In this document: positions 40,394-55,210 of the stretch, piece by piece
How positions within the stretch are numbered: position 1 is the stretch's first letter
Layout of the letters: the number at the start of each line of letters is the position of its first letter
Assembly: GCF_032058845.1 (NCBI RefSeq)
Contig: NZ_DAMCCR010000003.1
Location: forward strand, 18,213 to 82,212
Reading direction: 5' to 3'
DNA: 64,000 nt
Origin: Pseudomonas sp.
GTDB lineage: Bacteria > Pseudomonadota > Gammaproteobacteria > Pseudomonadales > Pseudomonadaceae
Notes under the pieces: generated by a model
Told to the model about the DNA's origin: nothing
The model's database searches: none
What the model saw: only the letters and a program-made list of their open reading frames with translations
Translations under genes and position numbers: made by a program

Positions 40394-42769
40394 TCAGCCG
40401 GCCACTTGCTCTTCGGCCAGGAAGAACCAGGTTTCCAGTACCGAATCCGGGTTCAACGACACGCTCTCGATGCCCTGCTCCATCAGCCACTTGGCCAGGT
40501 CCGGGTGGTCCGACGGGCCCTGGCCGCAGATGCCGATGTACTTGCCGGCCTTGTTGCACGCTGCGATGGCGTTGGCCAGCAGCTTCTTCACCGCAGGGTT
40601 ACGCTCGTCGAACAGGTGGGCAATGATGCCCGAGTCGCGGTCCAGGCCCAGGGTCAGCTGGGTCAGGTCGTTGGAGCCGATGGAGAAGCCGTCGAAGTAC
40701 TCCAGGAACTCTTCGGCCAGAATGGCGTTGGACGGCAGCTCGCACATCATGATCACGCGCAGGCCATTGTCGCCACGGGCCAGGCCGTTTTCGGCGAGCA
40801 GCTCGACCACCTGGCTGGCTTCGCCCAAGGTACGCACGAACGGCACCATGATCTCGACGTTGGTCAGCCCCATCACTTCGCGCACATGCTTGAGCGCACG
40901 GCACTCCAGCTCGAAGCAGTCGCGGAACGACTCGCTGATGTAACGCGACGCGCCGCGGAAGCCCAGCATCGGGTTCTCTTCTTCCGGCTCGTAGAGCTTG
41001 CCGCCGATCAGGTTGGCGTATTCGTTGGACTTGAAGTCCGACAGGCGCACGATGACCTTCTTCGGGTAGAACGCCGCCGCCAGGGTGCTGATGCCCTCGA
41101 CCAGCTTGTCGACGTAGAAGCCGACCGGATCGGAATACCCGGCAATACGCTTGTCGACGCTGTCTTTCAAGTCAGCGGGCAGGCCATCGTAGTTGAGCAG
41201 CGCCTTGGGGTGCACGCCGATCATGCGGTTGATGATGAATTCCAGACGCGCCAGGCCGACGCCTTCGTTGGGCAGCTGGGCGAAGTCGAAGGCGCGGTCC
41301 GGGTTGCCGACGTTCATCATGATCTTGAACGGCAACTCAGGCATGGCGTCGACCGAGTTCTGCCGCACATCGAAGCCCAGCTCACCTTCGAAGATGAAGC
41401 CGGTGTCGCCTTCGGCGCAGGAAACGGTGACACCCTGGCCGTCCTTGAGCAGTTGAGTCGCGTTGCCGCAACCCACCACCGCCGGGATGCCCAGCTCACG
41501 GGCGATGATCGCCGCGTGGCAGGTGCGCCCGCCGCGGTTGGTGACGATGGCACTGGCGCGCTTCATCACCGGTTCCCAGTCCGGGTCGGTCATGTCGGAG
41601 ACCAGCACGTCGCCGGGCTGGACCTTGTCCATCTCCGACACGTCCTTGATCACACGTACCTTGCCGGCGCCGATGCGCTGACCGATGGCACGGCCTTCGA
41701 CCAGCACGGTGCCTTTCTCCTTGAGCAGGTAGCGCTCCATGACATTGGCGCTGGAGCGGCTCTTCACGGTTTCCGGGCGCGCCTGCACGATGTACAGCTG
41801 GCCATCGTCACCGTCCTTGGCCCACTCGATGTCCATCGGGCGCTGGTAATGCTGTTCGATGATCATGGCCTGCTTGGCCAGCTCCGACACTTCGGCATCG
41901 GTCAGGCAGAAACGCGCCCGCTCTGCACGATCGACATCGACGGTTTTCACCGAGCGACCGGCCTTGGCCTCGTCGCCGTAGATCATCTTGATGGCTTTGC
42001 TGCCCAGGTTGCGACGCAGGATCGCCGGACGACCCGCCTGCAAGGTGTTCTTGTGCACGTAGAATTCGTCAGGGTTGACCGCGCCCTGAACCACGGTTTC
42101 GCCCAGGCCGTAGGCGCCGGTAATGAATACCACGTCGCGAAAGCCCGATTCGGTGTCGAGGGTGAACATCACACCAGCGGTGCCGGTTTCCGAACGCACC
42201 ATGCGCTGCACGCCGGCTGACAAGGCGACCAGTTTGTGGTCGAAGCCCTGGTGCACGCGATAGGCGATGGCACGGTCGTTGAACAGCGAGGCGAACACTT
42301 CCTTGGCTGCGCGGATCACGTTGTCGACGCCACGGATATTGAGGAAGGTTTCCTGCTGGCCGGCGAACGAGGCATCCGGCAGGTCTTCGGCGGTGGCCGA
42401 GGAACGCACGGCCACGGCCATGTGCTCGTTGCCATTGGCCATTGCGGCGAAGGCGGTACGAATTTCGCTGTCCAGGCGCGCCGGGAACTCGGCCTCCATG
42501 ACCCACTGGCGGATCTGCGCGCCGGTCTGGGTCAGGGCCGGGATGTCGTCGACGTCCAGTGCGTCGAGCGCCGCGTGAATTTTCTCGTTCAGGCCACTCT
42601 GCTCAAGGAAATCGCGATACGCCTGAGCCGTCGTGGCAAAGCCGCCCGGCACGGAAACGCCGGCGCCGGCGAGATTGCTGATCATCTCGCCCAGGGATGC
42701 GTTCTTGCCCCCTACGTGCTCCACATCATGGACGCCGAGCTTATCGAGGGAAACTACGTACTCTACCAA
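40394..42769 (-). CDS. ppsA: Phosphoenolpyruvate synthase
   Basis: [29 protein letters not shown] motifs. Confidence 0.98.
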   Translation of the reverse strand: MVEYVVSLDKLGVHDVEHVGGKNASLGEMISNLAGAGVSVPGGFATTAQAYRDFLEQSGLNEKIHAALDALDVDDIPALTQTGAQIRQWVMEAEFPARLDSEIRTAFAAMANGNEHMAVAVRSSATAEDLPDASFAGQQETFLNIRGVDNVIRAAKEVFASLFNDRAIAYRVHQGFDHKLVALSAGVQRMVRSETGTAGVMFTLDTESGFRDVVFITGAYGLGETVVQGAVNPDEFYVHKNTLQAGRPAILRRNLGSKAIKMIYGDEAKAGRSVKTVDVDRAERARFCLTDAEVSELAKQAMIIEQHYQRPMDIEWAKDGDDGQLYIVQARPETVKSRSSANVMERYLLKEKGTVLVEGRAIGQRIGAGKVRVIKDVSEMDKVQPGDVLVSDMTDPDWEPVMKRASAIVTNRGGRTCHAAIIARELGIPAVVGCGNATQLLKDGQGVTVSCAEGDTGFIFEGELGFDVRQNSVDAMPELPFKIMMNVGNPDRAFDFAQLPNEGVGLARLEFIINRMIGVHPKALLNYDGLPADLKDSVDKRIAGYSDPVGFYVDKLVEGISTLAAAFYPKKVIVRLSDFKSNEYANLIGGKLYEPEEENPMLGFRGASRYISESFRDCFELECRALKHVREVMGLTNVEIMVPFVRTLGEASQVVELLAENGLARGDNGLRVIMMCELPSNAILAEEFLEYFDGFSIGSNDLTQLTLGLDRDSGIIAHLFDERNPAVKKLLANAIAACNKAGKYIGICGQGPSDHPDLAKWLMEQGIESVSLNPDSVLETWFFLAEEQVAG

Positions 42770-42948
42770 GGTGATCTCTCCACTAACTGTGTTGGGAAAA
42801 GCTCAAAGAGGCGCCGCCAGCCGGTCTGCACTGGCCCGGTCGCTTGTGGCCTGGACTTGCAAAATGAGTAAGAATGCCGGACATCGTGTTCGGTAAACCG
42901 AACCTATCATATCCAGAAACATTCAGCAGCTTAAGGCCCCGGGTGCAC

Positions 42949-43767
42949 ATGAAACGAACCGCGTTCTTCATCTCCGACGGTACCGGTATCACGGCTGAAA
43001 CCCTTGGGCAAAGCCTGCTGGCTCAGTTCGATACTATCCCTTTCAACAAATTTACCCGTCCTTATATCGACACCCCCGACAAAGCCCGCGCCATGGTCCA
43101 GCAGATCAACATGGCCGCCGAGCGGGATGGCATGCGCCCGATCATCTTCGACACCATCGTCAATCAGGACATCCGCGAGATTCTGGCGACGTCCAATGGC
43201 TTCATGATCGACATCTTTTCCTCGTTCCTCTCGCCCCTGGAGCAGGAACTCACCGCCCACTCGTCCTACTCGGTGGGCAAGTCGCATTCGATTGGCGGCA
43301 ACTCCAATTACATGGAGCGGATCGAGGCGGTGAACTTTGCCCTGGATAACGACGATGGCGCGCGCACGCACTATTACGACAAGGCCGATCTGATCCTGGT
43401 CGGCGTCTCGCGTTGCGGGAAGACACCCACCTGCCTTTATATGGCCATGCAATTCGGTATCCGCGCCGCCAACTATCCCTTCACCGAAGATGACATGGAG
43501 CGACTGCAGTTGCCGCCGGTGCTGAAGAAGCATCACAGCAAGCTGTTCGGCCTGACCATCGACCCGGACCGACTCACCGCCATCCGCCATGAGCGCAAGC
43601 CCAACAGCCGCTATTCGAGTTTCGCCCAGTGCGAGTTCGAGGTGCGGGAAGTCGAGGGGTTGTTCCGCCGCGAGAACATCGCCCATATCAACTCCACGCA
43701 TTTTTCGGTCGAGGAAATCTCGGCCAAGATCCTGGTGGAAAAAGGCGTCGAGCGCCGCTTCAAATAG
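42949..43767 (+). CDS. ppsR: PEP synthase regulatory protein (kinase/pyrophosphorylase)
   Basis: [19 protein letters not shown]; divergent from ppsA. Confidence 0.95.
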   Translation: MKRTAFFISDGTGITAETLGQSLLAQFDTIPFNKFTRPYIDTPDKARAMVQQINMAAERDGMRPIIFDTIVNQDIREILATSNGFMIDIFSSFLSPLEQELTAHSSYSVGKSHSIGGNSNYMERIEAVNFALDNDDGARTHYYDKADLILVGVSRCGKTPTCLYMAMQFGIRAANYPFTEDDMERLQLPPVLKKHHSKLFGLTIDPDRLTAIRHERKPNSRYSSFAQCEFEVREVEGLFRRENIAHINSTHFSVEEISAKILVEKGVERRFK

Positions 43768-43923
43768 CCGCCCAGCCGCGTGCGTGGCGCTGCGCCGCCG
43801 CGTGGCGGTGCAGCCGCACACCGTTTCATGACAAGCAGATGACCCACCGGTCATGAACCGCAAAAAACCCTCAACAAAACGCCAGGCATGCCGATAGCGG
43901 GGGAAACCTTGCGGATACCTGCC

Positions 43924-45489
43924 ATGCGTAACAACCAGCCGATTACCCAGAGAGAACGGACTTTCCCTGCCCAGCAGCGGTTGATTTCCACCACCAACGC
44001 CAAGGGCGTGATCACCTACTGCAACGACGCCTTCGTCGAGATCAGTGGGTTCGCGCGCGATGAACTGATCGGCGCACCGCACAATCTGGTGCGCCACCCG
44101 GATGTGCCGTCAGCGGTGTTTGCGCACATGTGGCAGACCCTCAAACAGGGCTTGCCCTGGATGGGCATCGTCAAGAACCGCTGCCAGAACGGTGACCATT
44201 ACTGGGTCAACGCCTACGTCACGCCGATCTTCGACAACAACCAGGTGGTGGGTTACGAGTCGGTGCGCATCAAGCCCAGCGCCGAGCAGGTGCGCCGCGC
44301 TGAAGCGCTGTACCAGCGCCTGAACCAGGGCAAGACCGCTGTTCCGCGGCGCGACCGATGGTTGCCCGTGGTGCAGGACTGGCTGCCGTTCATCCTGATC
44401 AGCCAGGTCGCGTTCGTGATCGGTTCGGTGTTCGGTCATGGCCTTGGCTTTGCCCTGGCTGCGGTACTCTCGGTGCCACTGGGCCTGCTGGGCCTGGGCT
44501 GGCAACAACGTGGCCTCAAGCGGCTGCTGCGCCTGGCCGAGCAAACCACCTCCGACCCCCTGATCGCACAGATGTACACCGACAGCCGCGGCGTACAAGC
44601 GCGTCTGGAGATGGCCATGCTCAGCCAGGATGCACGCATGAAGACCTGCCTGACGCGCCTGCAGGACAGCGCCGAGCACCTGAGTGATCAGGCGCGGCAG
44701 TCCGACACCCTGGCACACCAGAGCTCTGCAGGCCTTGAGCGCCAGCGGGTGGAAACCGAGCAGGTCGCCGCGGCCGTCAACCAGATGGCCAGCACCACCC
44801 AGGAAGTCGCCAGCCATGTGCAGCGCACGGCGGATGCCACGCAAGAGGCCAATCGCCTGACCAGCCAGGGCCGCACGATCGCCGGCGAAACCCGCGATGC
44901 CATCGAGCGCCTGTCCACTGCCGTGGGCGAAACCGGGCGCACCGTGACTCAGTTGGCGCAGGACAGTGACGAGATCGGCGGCGTGGTCGATGTGATCAAG
45001 GGCATTGCCGACCAGACCAACCTGCTGGCCTTGAACGCTGCCATCGAAGCGGCACGCGCCGGGGAAATGGGTCGCGGGTTTGCCGTGGTCGCTGATGAAG
45101 TGCGTCAGTTGGCGCAGCGCACGGCCGAATCCACCGGGCAGATCCATTCCCTGATCGCCAAGTTGCAGCACACCGCCAATAACGCCGTGCAGACCATGGA
45201 AAGTGGGCATCGGCAGGCGCAGGAAGGGGTCGAGCGCGTGATGCAGGCCGATCAGGCACTGGTGGGTATCAGCGAGGCTGTAGCCAACATCACCGACATG
45301 ACCACGCAGATCGCCGCTGCCACCGAAGAGCAGACTGCCGTGGCTGACGAAATCAGCCGCAACATCAGCACCATCGCCAACCTGGCCGATCAGACCTCGG
45401 GCCAGGCGCAGCGCTCGGCGTTGCTCAGCGAGGAACTGACCACCACGGCGGGCACGCAGTACTCGCTGGTCGAGCGCTTCAATCGCTGA
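43924..45489 (+). CDS. aer: PAS-domain aerotaxis receptor (Aer-type MCP)
   Basis: [12 protein letters not shown] motif; [21 protein letters not shown] signalling domain. Confidence 0.9.
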   Translation: MRNNQPITQRERTFPAQQRLISTTNAKGVITYCNDAFVEISGFARDELIGAPHNLVRHPDVPSAVFAHMWQTLKQGLPWMGIVKNRCQNGDHYWVNAYVTPIFDNNQVVGYESVRIKPSAEQVRRAEALYQRLNQGKTAVPRRDRWLPVVQDWLPFILISQVAFVIGSVFGHGLGFALAAVLSVPLGLLGLGWQQRGLKRLLRLAEQTTSDPLIAQMYTDSRGVQARLEMAMLSQDARMKTCLTRLQDSAEHLSDQARQSDTLAHQSSAGLERQRVETEQVAAAVNQMASTTQEVASHVQRTADATQEANRLTSQGRTIAGETRDAIERLSTAVGETGRTVTQLAQDSDEIGGVVDVIKGIADQTNLLALNAAIEAARAGEMGRGFAVVADEVRQLAQRTAESTGQIHSLIAKLQHTANNAVQTMESGHRQAQEGVERVMQADQALVGISEAVANITDMTTQIAAATEEQTAVADEISRNISTIANLADQTSGQAQRSALLSEELTTTAGTQYSLVERFNR

Positions 45490-45541
45490 ACCGCGCAGGC
45501 CCTGCACCCGCAGGGCCGACCCGCAGACGCCGTAAGACTAT

Positions 45542-46426
45542 CTACCAATCGAGGGCGATCTGGCTCTGGAACCGGCGCTCGCCTGCCCCCAGCGGGTCAT
45601 CGAAGCGCAGGCTGTGGGCCAGCAGCTTGAGCGGCTGCTGGTAGTCGTCCTGGCCATTGCGCAGGTCCGGGTAGAACGGATCGTGACGGATCGCTGCGCC
45701 CAGCGCTGCCATGTGCACCCGCAACTGATGCGTTTTGCCGGTCACCGGAGACAACCCGTAGCGCCACCATTCACCGTTTTTCTCCAGCACCTGGGCATGG
45801 GTTTCGCTGTTGGGCGTCCCGGCCACTTCATGCATGCGAAAGAACGGTTCACCGTGCTCCAGACGGCTGCAATGCACCAGGGGGAACGCGTGTTGCGGCA
45901 GGGCAGCGGCAATCGCCTGGTAGCCCTTGTCGATGCGCCGCTCCGGGAACAGGCGTTGGTACAGACCTCGGCTTTGCGGGTTGCAAGAGAACAGCACCAG
46001 CCCTGCGGTGTGCCGATCAATACGGTGCAAGGGCACCAGGTGAGGGTTGTCCAGACGCCGGATGAGACGGCGCAGCAACGTCTGCTCCACGTATTCACCC
46101 GTGGGCGTGACCGGCAGGAAATGCGGCTTGTCGGCCACGACCAGATGCTCATCCTGAAACAGGATCTGCTCCTGCACCGGGATCGGCTTCTCTTCCGGCA
46201 CCTCACGAAAATAGTGGATGCGCAAGCCGCGACGATAGGCGTGATCCGCCGTCAACGGCTGACCTTGCGCACTCAGCACACGACCCCGCGCGAAGCGATC
46301 GAGCCACTGCTCACGGCTGACGGCCTTGAAATGGTCGCAGAGGCAGTCAAGCACGGTGGGCCAGTCACCCGGTGGCAGGCACAGGGTGCTGGCCTGTAAT
46401 CGGGCCGGGTCGAAAGAAGAGGTCAT
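45542..46426 (-). CDS. RluA-family pseudouridine synthase
   Basis: HRIDRHTAG, TGKTHQLRVH motifs. Confidence 0.92.
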   Translation of the reverse strand: MTSSFDPARLQASTLCLPPGDWPTVLDCLCDHFKAVSREQWLDRFARGRVLSAQGQPLTADHAYRRGLRIHYFREVPEEKPIPVQEQILFQDEHLVVADKPHFLPVTPTGEYVEQTLLRRLIRRLDNPHLVPLHRIDRHTAGLVLFSCNPQSRGLYQRLFPERRIDKGYQAIAAALPQHAFPLVHCSRLEHGEPFFRMHEVAGTPNSETHAQVLEKNGEWWRYGLSPVTGKTHQLRVHMAALGAAIRHDPFYPDLRNGQDDYQQPLKLLAHSLRFDDPLGAGERRFQSQIALDW

Positions 46427-46476
46427 GGCAGGTTCTACCGAGTTAAAACGGTGCATTATCCGCCAGGCCTGGCGCT

Positions 46477-46785
46477 TCAACCAGCCTCGGCTGGCTGTTC
46501 ACAACGGGCTTTCAACCAGCGCAGCACCTGCACCGGCTCCCAGCGCGTCGGGTCATACAAGGCGTAGACCAGGCCCTCATAGCCCACGACATCCAGCGCA
46601 CGGTGGTAGCCGGCGCGCTGAAACAGCGCCTCGACCTCGGCAAAACAGGTGTTGAAATGAATCTTGCCAAACGGCGTACGCTCATCGAGCACCAGGCCGT
46701 CGACGTGCAACGCCAGTGCGGCGTCACCAACGGACTGAACCGGCATGCGGTTCACGCTGGATTTGAGTTGCTCGACATTGAGCAT
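46477..46785 (-). CDS. Small conserved protein, probably SOS-regulated
   Basis: 102-aa ORF with a LexA box immediately upstream. Confidence 0.7.
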   Translation of the reverse strand: MLNVEQLKSSVNRMPVQSVGDAALALHVDGLVLDERTPFGKIHFNTCFAEVEALFQRAGYHRALDVVGYEGLVYALYDPTRWEPVQVLRWLKARCEQPAEAG

Positions 46786-46799
46786 GGGCCACCCCGATA

Positions 46800-46815
46800 C
46801 TGTATTTCCATACAG
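46800..46815. promoter_or_regulatory. LexA (SOS) box
   Basis: CTGTATTTCCATACAG fits CTGT-N8-ACAG. Confidence 0.8.
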
Positions 46816-46839
46816 CATACGAAGCGAGTACCCTACTCG

Positions 46840-47088
46840 TCAATCGACGGCATCTGCAAGAAAGGCGACCACCTGATCGGTATCGAAGGGCCAGTCGAGT
46901 TCGGCGCCGGTATCCGCCCGGCGCAGCACCGGGATACGCAAGGCGAGACGCTCGCAGGTCGCCGGATCATCGATGATATCGACGAGCTCTACCAGCAGGC
47001 CGTGATCGACCAACGGCATCAACGAGGCTTCGGCGATCTCGCACAGGTGGCACCCCAGGGTTCCGTAAAGCTGGCATTCGGGCAGCAT
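46840..47088 (-). CDS. Glutaredoxin-like protein (DUF836)
   Basis: GCHLCE, RIPVL, L.WPF motifs. Confidence 0.88.
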   Translation of the reverse strand: MLPECQLYGTLGCHLCEIAEASLMPLVDHGLLVELVDIIDDPATCERLALRIPVLRRADTGAELDWPFDTDQVVAFLADAVD

Positions 47089-47378
47089 GGCGTTGTCCTG
47101 ACACGCTTGAATCGAATGTCCAGTCTAGAACCGTGCGCAGCGCCCTGCACCTGCCTCAGGTCAGCGATATCGTCGATGAATGCCGCATCGCCTGGTTTTA
47201 CCGGGGTTCGTGACTGAGCGCGATAGTGCAATGGCCGCTTCACCGCGAACCGATTCGGGCCTACGCTATGCACTTGCCTGTCTTCTCGGCGTGCACCTGG
47301 CCCATGTGCCAGCGGCACTGAACCTTCGGCCGACACCATCACTCGAAATAGCCACAGACATTTACAGGGAGAGCCTAC

Positions 47379-47693
47379 ATGGCCAGCAAATCGGCAAAGA
47401 CTGCACAAGACATCCTGATGGCTGACTTCCAGGCACTGGTCCGCGACACCGAAAAACTGCTTGCTGACACCGCCAACCTGGCAGGTGATCAGGCAGATGA
47501 ACTGCGCGAGCAGATCCACGCCCGCCTGGTGCAGGCCCGTGACAGCCTGCACCAGACCAAGGAAGACGTGCGCGAGCGCGGCCAGGAAGCGTTGGCTACC
47601 GCTGAGCAGTATGTGCAGGACAAACCCTGGCACGCCGTGGGCATCGCTGCAGGCGTCGGCCTGCTGATCGGCCTGCTGGCCAATCGTCGCTGA
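47379..47693 (+). CDS. DUF883 (ElaB/YqjD) protein
   Basis: YV..KPW..VGIAAGVGLLIG.L..RR tail anchor. Confidence 0.9.
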   Translation: MASKSAKTAQDILMADFQALVRDTEKLLADTANLAGDQADELREQIHARLVQARDSLHQTKEDVRERGQEALATAEQYVQDKPWHAVGIAAGVGLLIGLLANRR

Positions 47694-47703
47694 GGACGCA
47701 CTC

Positions 47704-48078
47704 ATGGATAAGGACGCCATCGGTTCCGTCGCCACAGGCAAACGCCTGGGCGCGGCGGTGCTCGGGCTGTTGCACAGCCATGTCGAACTGCTCGGCATAG
47801 AGCTTCAGGAACAGAAGGCCCGCAGCCTGCGGCTGTTGCTGTTCGCAGGCTTCGCACTGGTTTTCGGGCTGTTGCTGCTGTCGGCGTTGTCAGGCCTGCT
47901 GCTGGTACTGGTCTGGGATACCTACCGTCTGGCAGGTATCATCGGTCTCTGCGTGTTCTACGCGCTGGCGGCGGTATTCTGCGCAATGCGCCTGAAATCG
48001 GCTGTTTTTGACGAATCATCACCTTTCAGCGCCACGCTCGAAGAGCTGGCCAAGGACCGGGAGCGCCTGTTGCCATGA
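47704..48078 (+). CDS. YqjE-like membrane protein
   Basis: VEL..IELQE.K, two TM helices, F.AT..EL.KDR. Confidence 0.85.
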   Translation: MDKDAIGSVATGKRLGAAVLGLLHSHVELLGIELQEQKARSLRLLLFAGFALVFGLLLLSALSGLLLVLVWDTYRLAGIIGLCVFYALAAVFCAMRLKSAVFDESSPFSATLEELAKDRERLLP

Positions 48079-48401
48079 GCCTGCCTCAAATGCCAACCAG
48101 CCGGGATCCTCGGGAAATGCGCAAGGCGCTATTGCGTCTGCGCATGGAAATGCATCGCCAGGAGATGCGCCTGGAGGCCTCGCAGTTGTTCGATCCGGTG
48201 CGCCGCTTGCGCAACATGGGCAGCAGCGTGCAGCACGGTCTCGATGGGCGCCGACTGTCCTTCTGGAACCTGGCAGCGGTAGTCGCCATGGGCTTCATCA
48301 CCGGCAAAGGTGTACGTGGTGGTGGCCTCTCCCGCCTGGCGGGCCTGAGCGGCAGCGTGGTGCCGCTGATTCGAGTGTTCCTCGAAAGCCGCCGGCGCTA
48401 A
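48075..48401 (+). CDS. YqjK-like protein
   Basis: [12 protein letters not shown]; third gene of a yqjDEK-like operon. Confidence 0.7.
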   Translation: MSLPQMPTSRDPREMRKALLRLRMEMHRQEMRLEASQLFDPVRRLRNMGSSVQHGLDGRRLSFWNLAAVVAMGFITGKGVRGGGLSRLAGLSGSVVPLIRVFLESRRR

Positions 48402-48522
48402 GTCAGCCCTGCAAGGCAGTCGCACTGGCTGTCTTGCGTTACCCTGCCCTGCCTGTCCGCCCGCCTTGCGCGGGCGTGCCTGGCGATTGCCGTCTATTAC
48501 TCCACACGACGGAGCACTGTCC

Positions 48523-49854
48523 TTGGATTGGCACACCCTGCTGAACCGCGAGCGTCTGGGCAAAACCCATTCGAGCCCGCAGGAAATGGGCCGCAGCCCG
48601 TTTCACAAAGACCACGACCGGATCATCTTCTCAGGGGCTTTTCGTCGCCTGGGGCGCAAGACCCAGGTTCATCCGCCCTACAGCAACGACCACATTCATA
48701 CCCGCCTGACCCACTCGCTGGAAGTCAGCTGTGTCGGTCGCTCGCTGGGCATGCGCGTGGGCGAGACCTTGCGCGGCGCCCTGCCTGACTGGTGCGAGCC
48801 GAATGACATGGGCATGATCGTGCAGTCGGCCTGCCTGGCCCACGACATCGGCAACCCACCGTTCGGTCATTCCGGTGAAGACGCCATTCGCTACTGGTTC
48901 CAGCAAGCTGCCGGGCGCGGCTGGCTTGATGACATGGACCACGACCAGCGCGCAGACTTTCTCAACTTCGAGGGCAATGCCCAGGGCTTTCGGGTACTGA
49001 CGCAACTGGAATATCACCAGTTCGACGGCGGTATGCGCCTGACCTACGCCACCCTCGGAACCTACCTCAAATACCCGTGGAGCGCTCGACACGCCGACGC
49101 CATGGGCTACAAGAAGCACAAGATGGGCTGTTACCAGACCGAGCTGCCTCTGCTGCATCAGATCGCCAGCAAGCTGGGGCTGCCGCAGCTTGATGAACAG
49201 CGCTGGGCACGCCACCCGCTGGTCTATCTCATGGAGGCTGCGGACGACATCTGCTACGCCTTGATCGACCTCGAAGACGGTCTGGAAATGGACCTGTTGC
49301 AATATGCCGAAGTCGAAGCGCTGCTGCTGGATCTGGTCGGCGACGACCTGCCCGACACCTATCGCCAGCTCGGCCCGGACGATTCGCGGCGGCGCAAGCT
49401 GGCGATCCTGCGCGGCAAAGCCATCGAGCACCTGACCAATGCGGCAGCCGATGCGTTCGTGGAACAGCAGCAGGCGCTGCTGGCCGGCGCGCTGGAGGGC
49501 GACCTGGTGGAGCACATGCACGGGCCCGCCAAGCGTTGCGTGCTGCAAGCCAAGGACATGGCGCGCAAGAAGATCTTTCAGGACAAACGCAAGACCCTGC
49601 ACGAGATCGGCGCCTACACCACCCTGGAAGTGCTCCTCAATGCCTTCTGCACCGCCGCGCTCGAGCAACAGGGCGGGCGCAGCCCGTCATTCAAGAGCCG
49701 CCGCGTGCTCGACCTGCTCGGCAACCATGCGCCTGACCCCAGCGCGTCGCTACACAGCGCGTTCCTGCGGATGATCGACTTCATTGCCGGCATGACCGAC
49801 AGTTTTGCCAGCGAGATGGCGCGTGAGATGACCGGACGCTCCAGCCCGACCTGA
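48523..49854 (+). CDS. dgt: Deoxyguanosinetriphosphate triphosphohydrolase
   Basis: [42 protein letters not shown] motifs. Confidence 0.93.
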   Translation: MDWHTLLNRERLGKTHSSPQEMGRSPFHKDHDRIIFSGAFRRLGRKTQVHPPYSNDHIHTRLTHSLEVSCVGRSLGMRVGETLRGALPDWCEPNDMGMIVQSACLAHDIGNPPFGHSGEDAIRYWFQQAAGRGWLDDMDHDQRADFLNFEGNAQGFRVLTQLEYHQFDGGMRLTYATLGTYLKYPWSARHADAMGYKKHKMGCYQTELPLLHQIASKLGLPQLDEQRWARHPLVYLMEAADDICYALIDLEDGLEMDLLQYAEVEALLLDLVGDDLPDTYRQLGPDDSRRRKLAILRGKAIEHLTNAAADAFVEQQQALLAGALEGDLVEHMHGPAKRCVLQAKDMARKKIFQDKRKTLHEIGAYTTLEVLLNAFCTAALEQQGGRSPSFKSRRVLDLLGNHAPDPSASLHSAFLRMIDFIAGMTDSFASEMAREMTGRSSPT

Positions 49855-50127
49855 CTGCAACGCGCCGGAAACTTGGAGAATCCTCCGGCGCCTTAGGAAC
49901 GGTCCTACAAGTTAAACAGAATAGATAAACAAACGCCGAAATCGAACATGACTAGCAACGTTGCATGTATTGACACGCCGGAATTTATAACCGGCGTGTA
50001 GCTAGACTTCTTCTTCATTGTAGGTAATTTCCTATATCCACGGGATTGCTCCAACTACCGTGTGCGACTTACGCCATCTAGGCTAAGGTGCCGGCTGCCT
50101 ATCTTCTTGATGCATGGAAAGCCGAAT

Positions 50128-50748
50128 ATGCACTCTGTATTTATCGTGGACGATCACCCTGTCATTCGCCTGGCCGTTCGTATGTTGCTGGAGAACCAGA
50201 ACTACAAGATCGTGGGCGAATCAGATAATGGCGTGGACGCCATGCAAATGGTCCGCGAAGCCAGACCCGACCTGGTCATTCTCGACATCAGCATCCCCAA
50301 GCTTGACGGCCTCGAAGTTCTGTCACGGCTGCAAAGCATGGGCTTGCCGTTGAAGGTGCTGGTACTCACCGCGCAATCACCCGCATTGTTCGCATTGCGC
50401 TGCATGCAGTCGGGCGCTTCTGGCTATGTCTGCAAACAGGAAGAGTTGGGCGAATTGCTCAGCGCGATCAAGGCTGTACTGTCTGGTTACAACTATTTCC
50501 CCAATCAGGCACTTACACAAACCACGCACGAAGACAACAGTGATCTGGAACGTTTCCGTCTGATCAATGATCGGGAATTGATGGTGCTGCAATTATTTGC
50601 CCAGGGCCGTAGTAACAAGGATATAGCCCGAGGCATGTTCTTGAGCAACAAGACTGTCAGCACCTACAAGAAACGCCTGATGCAAAAACTGCAGGTGGAA
50701 ACGCTGGTCGAGCTGATCGACATTGCCAAACGCAACGCGCTCGTCTGA
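50128..50748 (+). CDS. BvgA/EvgA-like response regulator (REC + LuxR HTH)
   Basis: VDDHP, LDI, KTVSTYK motifs. Confidence 0.92.
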   Translation: MHSVFIVDDHPVIRLAVRMLLENQNYKIVGESDNGVDAMQMVREARPDLVILDISIPKLDGLEVLSRLQSMGLPLKVLVLTAQSPALFALRCMQSGASGYVCKQEELGELLSAIKAVLSGYNYFPNQALTQTTHEDNSDLERFRLINDRELMVLQLFAQGRSNKDIARGMFLSNKTVSTYKKRLMQKLQVETLVELIDIAKRNALV

Positions 50749-50757
50749 AGAGCCAGC

Positions 50758-54360
<3,603 letters not shown>

Positions 54361-54528
54361 GGGTGACGCAAGCGTCACGCCGCAGGCGGCTGGGCCGGCT
54401 CGCGACAACCTGCCCTGTGCAACCGACAGCAACTACCCAAGCGACCGATCACTACCCCTGACAGCGGACAGGCACTGAAACCTGTTAGCTGATAGACTGC
54501 GCGCCGTAATTACTCTGAGGATTTATTG

Positions 54529-54873
54529 ATGGCCACTAACCGCTCCCGCCGCCTGCGCAAAAAACTGTGTGTAGACGAGTTCCAGGAATTGGGCTTCGAG
54601 CTGAACCTGGGCTTCAAGGAAGACTTGGCTGATGACGCAATCGATGCATTCCTCGACGCGTTCCTGACAGAAGCGATGGATGCCAATGGCCTGGATTACG
54701 TCGGCGGCGACGATTTCGGCCTGGTCTGCAAAGCCGAGCGCGGCTCGGTGACCGAAGAGCAGCGTGCAGCCGTCGAAGGCTGGCTCAAAGGCCGCGGCGA
54801 ACTGACCAAGGTTGAAGTCAGCCCTCTGCTTGACGCCTGGTACCCGGAAACGCCGATCAACACTGCCCAGTGA
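54529..54873 (+). CDS. yggL: YggL family ribosome-associated protein
   Basis: RSRRLRKKL.VDEFQELGF. Confidence 0.92.
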   Translation: MATNRSRRLRKKLCVDEFQELGFELNLGFKEDLADDAIDAFLDAFLTEAMDANGLDYVGGDDFGLVCKAERGSVTEEQRAAVEGWLKGRGELTKVEVSPLLDAWYPETPINTAQ

Positions 54874-54908
54874 TTGCGTTCAGCCAACATGGCTGACGGC
54901 GAGACCCC

Positions 54909-54938
54909 GAAAACCACCTCATCGAGGTGGTTTTTTTC
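54909..54938 (+). terminator. Intrinsic terminator after yggL
   Basis: aaaaccacctc-atc-gaggtggttttttt. Confidence 0.8.
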
Positions 54939-55210
54939 GTTTGGAGATCGTGCGGACTCGATGAGCCGCGCCGCACGCTGACGCGGCATGCCGATCTGCC
55001 CAATTCACCCGGTGGCAAGCTTCACGCTGCAGGCAGCCCACCGAGTGACCTGCCGCCTCGAAAACGTTGCAGCACACGAGAACGCTTTTGTCTCAAACCT
55101 GGTCCAACTGACCTACGCTTGGGGCATAATGCCCACGCTGTCTTCACGGGGCCATCATCTTGTACAGCCCCTCCTGCTTCACGCCTTTCATGCGCAGGAT
55201 TGCCGTTCTC

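Noticed and set aside
47704..48078. Possible phage holin or prophage remnant
   Set aside because: It is the chromosomal YqjE-like gene in a yqjDEK-like operon with host-like GC and no phage neighbours.
48523..49854. dGTPase as an anti-phage system
   Set aside because: Core-genome context and codon usage indicate the housekeeping dgt.
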